Assembly (NCBI GenBank): GCA_002189035.1
Contig: NEEC01000029.1
Coordinates: 372,001 to 436,000 of the forward strand
Direction of reading: 5' to 3'
Source: Utricularia gibba
Lineage: Eukaryota; Plantae; Magnoliophyta
Length of the DNA stretch: 64,000 bases
The notes under the pieces were generated by a model. It did no database searches. It had not been told where the DNA came from and saw nothing but the letters and a program-made list of their open reading frames with translations. The translations under genes and the position numbers were made by a program. Positions 52,170-63,697 of the stretch are shown piece after piece; the first letter of the stretch is position 1, and every line of letters begins with the position of its first letter.

Positions 52170-53988
52170 ATGGAACCACCACCGGAGGAGCCGACTCCAC
52201 CGCCTCAGCCGTGCAAAACCTACAAGCTCACCGCCTTGGCTATCTCCTACGCTAAACCGGCCACCATAGCGCCCAGACTCTGTTTCAAGCCATGCATTTC
52301 GCCGCCGCCTCTTTACATCCTCAAGGAAATCACATTCACCGCCTATCCATCGGAAATCCTCGCCGTTGTGGGCCCTAGTGGCGCAGGGAAATCCACTCTG
52401 TTGGACATTCTCGCAGCCCGTACCGCCGCTACCGCCGGCCAGCTCCTTTTGAATTCCTCCGCCCTGAATCCTTCAGCTTTCCGTAAGCTTTCAGCTTACG
52501 TTCCACAGCACGATGCATGTCTCCCTCTGCTCACCGTTTGTGAAACCTTCACCTTCGCTGCTCGCCTGCTGAAACCCAAAACCGCTGATATCTCCGCCAT
52601 TGTCTCCGATCTCATGACCGAGCTCCGCCTGTCGCATCTGTCCGACACGAGGCTCTCCGGCGGCCTCTCCGGTGGTGAGCGTCGTCGTGTTTCCATCGGT
52701 TTAAGCCTGCTACACGACCCGGCGGTGCTGATTCTCGACGAGCCCACTTCAGGGCTCGACAGCAGTGCAGCGTTAAATGTGATGCAGACGCTGAGATCAA
52801 TCTCCGATTCGCAACATCGAACCGTGATTCTATCCATTCATCAGCCCAGTTTCAAGATTCTATCCACAATCGACAAGATTCTTCTTCTATCAAAAGGCAG
52901 CGTTGTTCATCATGGAACACTGCCTTCTCTTGAAGCTTTCTTGCTCTGTAACGGCTTCACAGTCCCCCTCAGCTAAATCCTCTTGAATACGCTATGGAGA
53001 TACTGAATCAGCTCCAGATAAGTGAACCCATTTCTCCATTGCCCCTATCCCCATGCACCCACGAAAGTTGTGATTCTACAATCTCAGCATCATCATCTCC
53101 TTCTGAGAGCGTGGACAAAGAAGTTGTTAGCTACAGAAGCTCGAGATTCCATGAAACGATCATTCTCTATTCCCGTTTCTGGAAAATCATCTACAGAACA
53201 AAGCAATTACTTTTGGCGAACACCTTGCAGGCATTAGGAGTTGGGCTCATTCTCGGCACCATTTACATCAACATCGGAATCGGGAAATCTGGAATCGAGA
53301 AGAGATTTGGTTTGATTGCCTTTACACTAACATTTCTCCTTTCCTCAACCACAGAAACTCTCCCAATCTACGTCAACGAGAGACCCATTCTTCTGAGAGA
53401 AACTTCAAGCGGAGTTTACAGGCTATCTTCATACCTACTGGCGAATACTCTGGTTTTCATGCCGTATCTCCTCGCAATCGCCATTATCTTCTCAGTCTCA
53501 CTCTACTTCCTAGTCGGCTCTGCGCCAATTGGCAAGCGTTCGCATACTTCCTTCTCCTGATCTGGGTTATAATTCTGGTCGCCAATTCCTTGGTTCTGTT
53601 CCTCAGCTCCATCGCTCCCAATTTCATCGCGGGAACTTCGCTGTTAACGGTATTGCTCGCCGGATTCTTCCTCTTTTCGGGCTACTTCATATCGAAGGAA
53701 AGCTTACCCAAATTCTGGCTTCTGATGCACTACCTGTCCATGTACAAGTACGGGTTCGATGCTTTGCTGATCAACGAATACTCTTGTCTGTTCAATACGT
53801 GCTTGATCTGGGCCGATGACAAGACGAAAAGCGCGTGCTTTGTGAGCGGGAGGGACGTGATGGAGAAGAGGGGACTCCATGAGCGTCAACGATGGATCAA
53901 CGTGTACATCTTGGTGGGCTTCTTCGTAATGTATCGAGCGCTTTGGCTCATAGTTCTGATCAGGAGAGTCTCCAGATCCAAGAGATAA
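52170..53988 (+). CDS. ABCG half-transporter (ABCG4/ABCG8, WBC type), intronless; 1-nt frameshifts at about 52966 and 53517
   Basis: Walker A GPSGAGKST, signature LSGGERRRV, Walker B LILDEP, H-loop SIHQP; restoring one base at each site gives TVPPQLNPLEYAMEIL and LVGLCANWQAFAYFLLLIWVIILVANSLVLFLS; ends RRVSRSKR*. Confidence 0.93.
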
Positions 53989-54309
53989 ACACGGGAATGC
54001 AGTTGAAGATCAAACCTGGTGATCACAGGTGTTTTAATGTTCTTCATTAGTGGTTGCTGGTCCATTAAACCACCATCATCATCAGGATAACAGTTCCTGT
54101 TGGCTATAAATCCTTTGCTTTATGTCGATCACAATCAATCTCACAACTAAGAGCATTCTTGAACTTCTCTTGGTTACTGGCAATGGGAATGACGTGTGTG
54201 GTTGTGGTAGGGCTTCACGGGGTGGTGGTTTTCTTGTTTTGTTGTTCACGTGCAGCCATTGACATTTGAACCAGTTGGGTTCCGTTGGGTTTTGTGAATG
54301 AAGGCTGCC

Positions 54310-54830
54310 ATGGGCCGTGCTTGTCTTTCAATGCAAGCAACCCCATGGCATTCATTCCCTGCCGCGATCAAAATCGCCCATGCTCCCACATACACTCACA
54401 ACACTGGCCAACGTGAAGTGTGTCGGTATAATCTCATGGAGTAATAACATTCCAAGGCTTTGTCTTTAAAACCATTTTTTGACAACATACCTATCATCAA
54501 ATTCCACGACACCATCACCTTTCTGGCATTTGTTCGAATACCCTGTAGGCAACAGCCGCGTCATTTGATTTGTAGCAAGAATCTAAAACTGTGTGCTAAG
54601 AGAATATGCTTTTTCATGACATCCCTATCATCAAATTCCAGGATATCTCATTCCTTTCTGGCATTTGGACGAACAGCCAGCGTTGAAACCGCATTTGAAG
54701 TACAGCTGAATCAAACGGTTCACTAGGAAAGAGTTGGAAAACTGATTTGTATGATGAATGTAAGCCCGAATCAACTTCCCTGCCTTAAGGAGTTTATTGT
54801 TTATATATATGTGTGTGTCATGGACGTTTT
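54310..54830 (-). pseudogene. Truncated, disrupted PLS-class PPR gene relic (At4g20770-like N-terminus, recalled)
   Basis: Fragments NNKLLKAGKLIRAYIHHTNQFSNSFLVNRLIQLYFKCG, LFVQMPERNEISWNLMIGMS*, VFEQMPER/VSWNLMIGMLSKNGFKDKALECY, PTHFTLASVLSVCGSMGDFDRGRE/CHGVA, with stops, frameshifts and a GAAT duplication. Confidence 0.85.
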
Positions 54831-55583
54831 CCAGTTTGCAAGCTACAAGCATGCATTGCTCTGATTCGCTGAACGTGCAAATTCTGGATAATCGCATTCA
54901 TCCTTCCATGTTCTTGAACCTCATTTGCTGCCGATGGAGAACCGAGTTGGTGACTGCACTGCACTGCACGTGTGAATAGAATGGATTGGTGAGAATGACG
55001 ATTTTAAGCAATTAAATTACCCTTTTATTCTAGATGCTTAGACACCACGAATTGGGGATAGAAGAGATCATCTTGTTCACCCCTCGGCCCGGCCCCGGCC
55101 CATAAACAACGGGTCCATAACTGCCTTCGCACTTGCAGAAGAGCGTTTTTCGGAGATGAAGAACCCTCCTGAGCGGAGACCTGTATCTTAGTTAAAACCA
55201 TGAAATATAAGGTTTATTTTAAATCTACGTTTGAAATGAACCCTGTTATCAAACACATGATTAATAAACCCAACTGAGGAAAACCAGGCCATTCACCCTA
55301 CCAAACGCGCCCTAAGTCGTGTGTAGTTGATCTTGATAGGCATGAAATATTGTGCGAGTTGAAATCTGGAATGACGACAAATCCTATGTCTACTTCAGGG
55401 TCCCGATGTCACCTTTCGAGCTCCCCCAAACGCGTATTCTTATTTTTTGTTGTTTCACGCTTCGCCCTCAAACGTGCAAAGAAGGAGATTTCGTGGAAGT
55501 TCACCCTGTTCAAACGATGGCGGTATATCTACTTGTATTTCATACACACTCTTATGCAGGGCATTCCATTTGTGTGAAAGGAG

Positions 55584-58142
55584 ATGTCATATATTTACGA
55601 CAACTGGGAGAGTTTGGTGGCTGCAGTTTCGAAAAGGGAACGCCATCGGAGGCTTGCTCGTCTTCCTTCACTCAGCTCTGGATCATCTGATACCAGTTCG
55701 GAAGATGATTCCAGTTCCAGTTTCTGTTTCTTACCTCCCTCGAAGAATCAGGAGCACCTAGTTCAATACCCGTCGGATTTCAATCAGAAGCAGGTTGCAG
55801 CACCCTTTTCAAGGTGACTTCTTCTGTCATTCGGTTTTTTCTTTCGGCGAGTCTTTGCTGGATTGGGACAATAACACTGATTTTTGTAAATTTGTGTCTG
55901 CTCTCAGCCGTCCCGCGACACCTAATAATAGAAATTCCAGCTTGGCATCTCGTAGGAAGAGGGATCTGAGAATTCAAGTACCAGAGCCACCAGCACTTGG
56001 TTCTTGTCTAGATAGCAATAAGTGCTGCCCGAATATTAGTTCAACAATTCCAAGTGCCAGGTTTCTTTGTTCCAGGCCTCACCGCTTACCTCTACCTCGG
56101 ATAGCAGAATCAGGCTCTTCATCCTCTTCTTCGCCATCTACAAGATCACCTTCTCTGTCACCACCTGGTCATGTAACAGATGGAAACGCTAGAAGCCCGG
56201 GATCTCGATGGAGAAAAGGAAAGTTGATCAGCAGAGAAGCTCTTGGGAACATTTACATGGGATTTAACAGGTTGGTTGGCGTGCTAATTTAGATTGTTGA
56301 ATTAGCATATTAAGTGGTTCTGGATTTTGTCTTCCTGATTTCAGTGAATCTGGTAAATATTGTGTCATGAAAGAGACTTCCCAATCATATGATGATGAAG
56401 AGTTAAGATTGAGGGCAAGTGTATTGAAAAAGGTGAGTTTTGGTGTCTTGGATCTACCATGGACCTCACAGAATTTAGAATAAGCCTGACAAAAGCTCCC
56501 TTTTTTCCTGATTGGAGCTTTTACCGGGTGATTCTCATATGGCATGATATTATTTGAACTGCTTCAAGGACTTGGTTTCTTCAGGTGATCGCATTTCAGA
56601 GTGAATTGAAACATCCTAATGTCATGCAATACAATGGTTCTGAAATGGTCAGTTTATTGCACGAATTCTTGCCCTTTTTTGTTTCAATTGTTATTTTTCT
56701 GAATATCCACTAAACTATTCCTATTTCCTCGAGCAGGTTGATGATAAGATCTATGAGTGTTTTGAGTATGTATCTGGAGGTCCGATCTCTGTGTTAATGC
56801 AAGAATTTGGGAGATTAGGAGAACCAGCTATCCGTAGTTATACTCGACAAATTTTACATGGGCTAGATTATTTACACTACAAAATGACTGCTCACGGGTG
56901 AGATTCCTCGAAGTGCTGCAGCATATTCTGTGATTCAGTTATTTAAGAGAATCTGTTACATTTCAAGACATGAATTCACTTTAACACGTGGAGATACAAA
57001 TACATGGAGTGAAGGGTTTTGCAACATTTTCTCTTGTCCTTAATGTTCTTGTGTCATTTCGATAAATCTTGCAGGGATGTAAAGGCATCCAACATATTTG
57101 TAGACCCAGCTGGTGGGATCAAGTTGGCTAATTTTTGGTTTCTTGAGAATGTGTGTACCGAATCTTTTGTTGGTGGTCTTCTTATTTTTTTGCAGGGCCT
57201 GAGTACTTATTGCTGTTCTGTTTTTGTACTTAACCCACGATACTCCATTGGTTTCACAGCTTCCAGTGCTAAGCCGCACATTCTGGATAGAGAGTGCGTA
57301 CTGGATGGCACCTGAGGTGCCTTATGCGTCCTTAAATTCCACAGCTAGTTGCTCCTAAGCCTCGTTTTTACCTTGGATAGTTTTGAGCATGCAGGTCATA
57401 AATTGCCCTAGTAAATGCAGCTCTGCTATTGACATATGGAGCCTTGGATGCACAATCGTGGAAATGGCTACAGCGAAACCACCTTTTAGTCAGTATAAAC
57501 CTGTATGACGCTCAGCATTGAATCTCTTCTGGTTTCATTCTTGTGTTCTCCGTCGGTCATGTTTAATCCCATCTGGTGGCGTATAGGGGATGGCCATGTA
57601 TAAAGTCCTGAAACAAAAACAGCTTCCCAAAATTCCGGGCCATTTATCAGCTGAGGCGAAGGATTTTTTGATGCATTGCTTGCAGTGGAATCCCGAAAAT
57701 CGTTCTACTGCCCTTCAGCTTATGGAGCATCCTTTTGTGAATGGTACTTCAATAAAAAAATTGACGCTCTCTGGCTCTTCACGCCTAATCACTGAGGTAT
57801 TACCATGCTTTACCTACTGCATTAGCGTCTGATTAGAAGCCGGTTGTTTCTTTGATCTGATGAGGAGGTGAGAATCATGTACAGGGAAGCGATGAAGCTG
57901 TGGAATTTCAATTCTGGCCCGGCAGCCCTTCAGCAAGAGCACCAGAGTCGAGTGAAACGTGTTCTTCAACAACAACTTCATCCTCGGTCTCTCCTAATTC
58001 TCCTTTATCTCCAACAGCAGATGAACAACTGAAGGTGCAAATATCTCCAGCCCCATCCGTAGTGCCACATCTCACTGGGATCCCATTATTCTCCGGAGTT
58101 CATCACATGAGTCAAGGTGCTCCTCCGCTCCGTATTCGGTAA
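55584..58142 (+). CDS. YODA-type MAP3K-derived pseudokinase (open reading frame over 10 exons, catalytic motifs degenerate)
   Basis: SPGSRWRKGKLISREALGNIYMGFN, SESGKYCVMKE, LKHPNVMQYNGSE, EPAIRSYTRQILHGLDYLH, HGDVKASNI, IKLANFW, YWMAPE, DIWSLGCTIVEMATAKPPF, IPGHLSAEAKDFL; every junction is GT-AG with matching phases. Confidence 0.85.
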
Positions 58143-58750
58143 GGATAATAGGGGAGAAACTGCAGGTGCAGGTATCTCTGACTCCCTCCGAGCTTACCCC
58201 ACCAGTGCCTGGTGCTCCCTTGTACGATCATTCGACACGGCATTATTTACATGGAAGCAGTGACCCTTCGGGCGAGGGACCAATTGTGGGCTGCTAAAAT
58301 AGAGAACATGTTTCAGCCGCCAAGCCACTTGGGAATTTCCTTTTCTGGTTGATGCATATACACAATTTTAGAAGCAATAAATGTAAACCATCCGGAAGCA
58401 GTGAAATCGCGAAATGCCTGGACGTATTTCTTTCTCTGGGGGGGTCTGAGCGAAGAACTGGAGATGGCCTTTTTGAGTTTTGTAGGAAAAGTGTGAAATC
58501 ATCGCTGGTTTACGAGAAGTATGCTTCGTTGATCGGTTGATTTTTTTAGGGAGTGAGGTGGGATTTGGGAATTCCAAACCGATCATTTGATTTCGGATCA
58601 TCGGATCCTGACACCCATATATATATACGTTGCCTGCTGTTGCGGTCCCACCCGAATGCATAGCACGCTCCATTTGTCCAGGGTTTTTGTTTTAAAAGTC
58701 GTAATAATCAAACAAGCTTCCAGTGGAATTGCAAGTTGCGTTTGAGGAAC

Positions 58751-58793
58751 ACACGTGTGGTTAAAACAGTGTTCCGTTTGCCAAACACGTGGC
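58751..58793. promoter_or_regulatory. Paired G-box/ABRE elements upstream of the MBD13-like gene
   Basis: ACACGTGT at 58751-58758 and ACACGTGGC at 58785-58793. Confidence 0.5.
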
Positions 58794-59045
58794 TGCTGTA
58801 AACTTGTAATTGCAATTCCTCGCTTTCACTTCACCCTCTCTGAGAGGAAAGTGCTCCGGAGTATGCGAGGGCTGTAGAATTCATTCGAGGGTGGGATCTT
58901 GAGCGCCATGATCCCATCTGTGCTGATGTCCACCTGAAATCTACATTATCCCTCTTCCCCCTTTGTGTCTATTCTCCCTTTCTGGTCTCCGGGTTTAGAG
59001 ACATCTGGGTTTAGGTTGGGAAACTTATCTTGGGTACTTTTCCAA

Positions 59046-61839
59046 ATGGGTCTTCAAAATCCAGATTGGTTGCCAGCAGGTTGGAAAATTGAAGTCAAGA
59101 CTCGTAGTTGTGGAGGCCGTCGTGATAAGGTTTCTTTCTTTTTTTGTAATCATGTTATTCCTGTTGTTTGCACCTTTCCGTGTTTGTTGATGGAAAATTA
59201 ATTCTGTGGGAGAAGAAATGGGGTGTGTGGATCGCTGTCTGCATGACGTTAAGGACCTTGTTTTTATACAATTTATCGACATTCCGCTCTCTCATGGGGT
59301 TAGGGATTGAAGTGAAAAGTCAGACGATTCCTTCAATGAGAGGAATTTTACTCAAGTACAAGGCTCTGAACAAAAATGAGCCCAGTGCCTCAGTGAATAA
59401 GCAGCAATTTTTTACCGAAAAATCTCATCTTGTTTCCAAGCATGAACTAGGAATGGGCTAACGTGTCGGTCATAAAAATGTAAATTTGAAATTGGCGCAG
59501 TAATCCTGAGGGATCTCTACTATGGGAGCATGCGTAGCAGTGGTTCTTCTTTAGTTCTGTACATCATTTGCACAGCTTGGTTTTCTATGGGAAAAGTTTC
59601 ATGTGTCCGCACATTGGGTCATTGAATTTGTGCGGAGCCTACCTTCAGCGCTTCACTAGTTTTCCTGTTTTTCTTCTAGTATTACGTGTGCCCCGCCCCA
59701 CAAATGGATTGAAGTTGAAGTCCCAGCCTGAAGTTCTTCGATATCTCAATAGCTCGGGAAAATGTCAAACACCCATTAAGATTAAACAAGAAAATGCGAA
59801 GAAGGTTAACATCGCCCATTTCCCAAGTTTAGTTCCTTGTGTTTTAGCAGTGTGACCTTGGACCATTGCCCAGTACCTTGTATTGTATCTGGCGTCAGTG
59901 CTTCAATGTCATTCAACGTTGTAGGTTGGCGAAAAAAAGACAGTGGCTGATTTACCTGCGGCATGGATCAAGGAATTCAGAACAACAAGGAAGCGTGGCC
60001 ACAAGGCCAGAAGAGATCCGGTGCATATTCCTTTCTTTCTTTTTATGTTCCGTGCAATCTTTTTAATGCATCATGTTGGTTGTATTTCTTCTTGCAGCAT
60101 AATATCCATCCTGTCGGTGGGCATAGTTTCCGCTCAATCCCTGGAGACATGCACCACCTGCATTCTAAACTTGGAAAGATCAAGAAACTAAAAGATGAAG
60201 TGCATGTAAGTGCCGACTATTGGTTTCATTGTTCCTCATATCTCCTTTACACATTTGCTACTTCTAGTCATCTGCGAAGGCGAAACCACAGGCGTCACGC
60301 AACAAGAAAAATTATAGAAATCTATCCAACATCATGAAGTCAGGTTCTGATTTTTCGTTTTTATATTTCTTTATTGTCACTTCTTCAATTGGCTCATCAA
60401 TGTCCTTTTGTCAACTAGTCTTAGCAAGGTTTAGTTTTTCAAGGTCGGTATTGTTCGTTTATGAACCAGGGAAGAGGGTTGCAGATCGGGTGACTAGATC
60501 TCAGGAGAAAATCATGAATGTGGAGGATGACGAACAATTAGAGAAAAATGGAGATGATATTTCTCTAGAATGTGATCTCTCTAATAATCTGCAATTCTCA
60601 CTCAATGGAGTGAAACAAGAAGTTGATAATCTGCAAGTCATGAAAGTTGTGCGGAACCGGCTAGATGTTAGTGCAATATTGGATCGCAGACTGAAATCAG
60701 GTGCGCAATGATATCATTGTTAAGATTTGCATGGAAGGCATTGCAAATGGTCCTGCTGACACTATGAGCTCGGCACCTGCAGGATCAAAGGCAGCTGACT
60801 TGAAAACTGCAGATTTTATTTATGTGAAGCGGAGAAGCATCGAAAAGGAGCCCATGCATGCAAACCTTCCGGATAAGCAGCCTGAGGTAAATGAAGAGAA
60901 AGACCAAAGATATGGAAGAAGGAGAAGCAGAAGGTTGCATGAAGGCAACTTGAAGCAACATCAATCCATACATTCAGGTGCGTATCATATTCAATTGGGA
61001 TTCGACGATTTTTATGGAAATCTAGGACATACATCTGAGATTTTGATGTAATTATTTTCGCAAGATCAGAAAATGATGATGCAAAAGAAAGTTCCCAAAT
61101 CCTCCCAGAAATAGAAAGTCATCTTGGCGGAGAAGGAAATGAGCTATCCAATCTTAAACGGGAAAAAAGGTCAAGGGGCAAATGCTTTGCAAATGAATCG
61201 TTCTTTGGTAATCCAAAAAGATTAGCAGTTCTCATGGTTAGTTCTTCTGTGGAGCCACAATCCAGCAAGGAAGCCAGGGGAGATAAAGGAAAAGCAGATG
61301 AAGAAGGTATTGGTAGTAGACCCGGATCCTCATATGAGCCAGGGATCAGCGACCGCAGAAATCCTTCAGCAGAAAGGAACGGAAACCCGTCAGATCATGA
61401 GATGGGGGGCTCCGATGTGGTGGGAGATGTTCCATTTCCCGAAGGGGACAGAAATGTTGTCGATGCAACACCAAGCAGAAGCGAGAAGCAAGAAATATCC
61501 TCCTCATCGCCGTCGGTGTTGAAGGATCTGCTGATGGATCCATGCATAGAATTTGCAGTTAAAACTCTAACTGGAGCTATTACGATCGAAGATGTGAGGA
61601 ATATTGAAAGCAGCCTGATATTAGCGTATCCTTCAGCTTGCTCCTCCAGGTCCATGACTCCGTCAGGCGACATTTGGTCTGATCCTTGTTTTGAGTTCGC
61701 CGTCAAAACGCTCACTGGCGAACTCCCAATGGAGTGTGGATCAAAGCCCCAGGCTTCTTTCCATCAGTCAATGTTATCACCTAGGATCACGAGGTGCAGC
61801 AGCGGCATCAACAACGTCAGCTCCTCAAACCACTCATGA
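59046..61839 (+). CDS. MBD13: Methyl-CpG-binding domain protein 13-like; 1-nt frameshift at about 59697
   Basis: PDWLPAGWKIEVKTR...RDK / YYVCP..NGLKLKSQPEVLRYL, second repeat LPAAWIKEFR...RRDP, and the twin C-terminal motifs DPCIEFAVKTLTG and IWSDPCFEFAVKTLTGELP typical of MBD13. Confidence 0.82.
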
Positions 61840-62869
61840 AGACCACAGCAAGGCGTGAAGCGTAGTAGTATCCTCAATGAGTCTCTGTGAGCGGGGGAAC
61901 TTTTCATGTTCACGGTATTTCCTAATACTTTAAGCTTTTGAGTGGTCTCTGATGGTCGTGGCCCAGCATCTATGAGCCTTTTAATCAGTATTACACACAA
62001 CTACATATAACTGAAGCCGGAAGAGAGGTTTGTTTGTTTTCCGGTTAAGATCAAAAAAAGGACGCAGACCGTGAAATCTTTTACCAGCTTTTGCTGCACA
62101 CTTGTCAAATGATAATACATATATATATATGTATGGCGGCCAACAACAGGGAGCTGCTGCTGCTGCTGTTATCGTCTCGAGTGGGCTGCATCCACACAAT
62201 GACTATACCACACTAAGATATACTAGACACCAGGTGGCAGCAATGTTTTCAACGAGGCCTGATACCACATGTACAAGACTTGAGTATTGGGGGATGGGAT
62301 CCATTGAAACAAAAATTACATGTGCGAGAGCGAGACTGACTGAGCCTGAGGGTAAATTAGAGAAAAAAGGGGGCCCACTCCCGGAAAGGGACGCGACACT
62401 GCCCCGGTATGTCCCTCCCCCTCCCTCTACTCTGGGACTCTGGAGTCTAAAAAGCCAAAAAAGAGAAAAATAAAAAAAGGGCAGTCAGGCCCCACTCCCA
62501 GCCGGAAAGACGGCTGATCCGCCGTAGCGCCGGTCGCCGTATTCCCACCCCGTTTAAAGAGCTCCTATCCTTCTCCCCTATCCATCTCGTAGTCCCAAAC
62601 CGGCTCGGCTCGACTCGACTCGACTCGTGTTAAAGACATCGGGAGGGAAGATGGGCATCGAGTCTTTGATAATTCATACTTCCCTGATCATGTCTGACGC
62701 ATCCTAGCCCCACCCGATTCTTGTTCTCTAACGCAGTATCCTTCTGGAAAAATGCATCATATCTTATTAACAGACAACACCCAACGATTCTTTTGATTGT
62801 ACAGTAATCAAGCTGCAGATCTTCCCTCTTTCCTTCAAACAAGGAGAAAAAAAAAAAAAGAATCCAATC

Positions 62870-62889
62870 CAGATCAGATCAGATCAGAT
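62870..62889. repeat. (CAGAT)4 pentanucleotide microsatellite
   Basis: Perfect tandem pentamer. Confidence 0.9.
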
Positions 62890-63673
62890 GAGGTCGGATG
62901 AGCGAGTGACTGATGACAAAGATAATAATAAATTCCACTAAGAAGCAAACGTAGCCAGGTAGGGCGGAGGACATTATAACCAACGGCTAAATTATGTAAT
63001 GTACAGGATTTTTTTAATTATTTTGATGGCAGGGCAGGGGCGAAGCTTCAAAAAAAAAAACTGAATAATAGTTAAGAGGAGTAGGCCCCATCCGGGGAAA
63101 GGAGAAGAGTAAAATAAATAGGTACAGGCATAGGGTGTAGGTATAGCTTAATTATGCATATCATAATTGAAAGAAATTTTAAATACAAAGGAACCCCTCA
63201 AACCCAAGTTTCGAAAATGACATGCTCGTTCGGTCGCACCTGCCTACGTACAATGCACATACATACATGCAGCTGTGTCATCTCTTCTCGTGATGTATCA
63301 TTTCTCTACTCATTCCAATAAAATAATAATCCCACATTCGACTAACCAATAACGGGTCACGACTGCCCTTCCTTTAATGCCTTGCAGCAAAATGGGAAGG
63401 TACAACAGCAGCAGCTAAGGCTAGCTTGCTAGCTGTCTCATGCTGCATGATTCTGGTTCTGGCCGGCCTGGTATCGAATAAATTAACTGATATTCTGGGG
63501 CACTGGACTGGAGGCCTAGTGTCTGTGACCTGATGCGAGCCACGAAATTTCCCTTTCCTGGCAATACAAAATTCCTTCCCTTCAACCTGTGCCCCCAGTG
63601 CAGTCCGCTGGTTCCTCGACTCTGTATTTTCCTTTTTCACTTTTTGTGTGGGTGTTTTGACTTTTATACCCAA

Positions 63674-63697
63674 CTGGACTGGACTGGACTGGACTGG
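63674..63697. repeat. (CTGGA)4+ pentanucleotide microsatellite
   Basis: Perfect tandem pentamer. Confidence 0.9.

Noticed and set aside
52960-53560. ABCG split into three separate ORFs or a pseudogene
   Set aside because: Two single-base losses at short C/G runs; all three pieces are highly conserved and collinear.
54340-54360. miR166-like sequence in the hairpin (GGCATTCATTCCC)
   Set aside because: It matches only the 3' end of miR166, and the arm is explained by PPR coding sequence.
55517-55577. Spliced uORF (MAGIPFV*) in the pseudokinase leader
   Set aside because: It needs a 37-nt intron, which is shorter than typical plant minimum intron sizes.
62630-62842. 70-aa ORF as a DEVIL/RTFL or CLE-type peptide
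   Set aside because: It starts at TTG, not ATG, and lacks the conserved RTF or CLE motifs.
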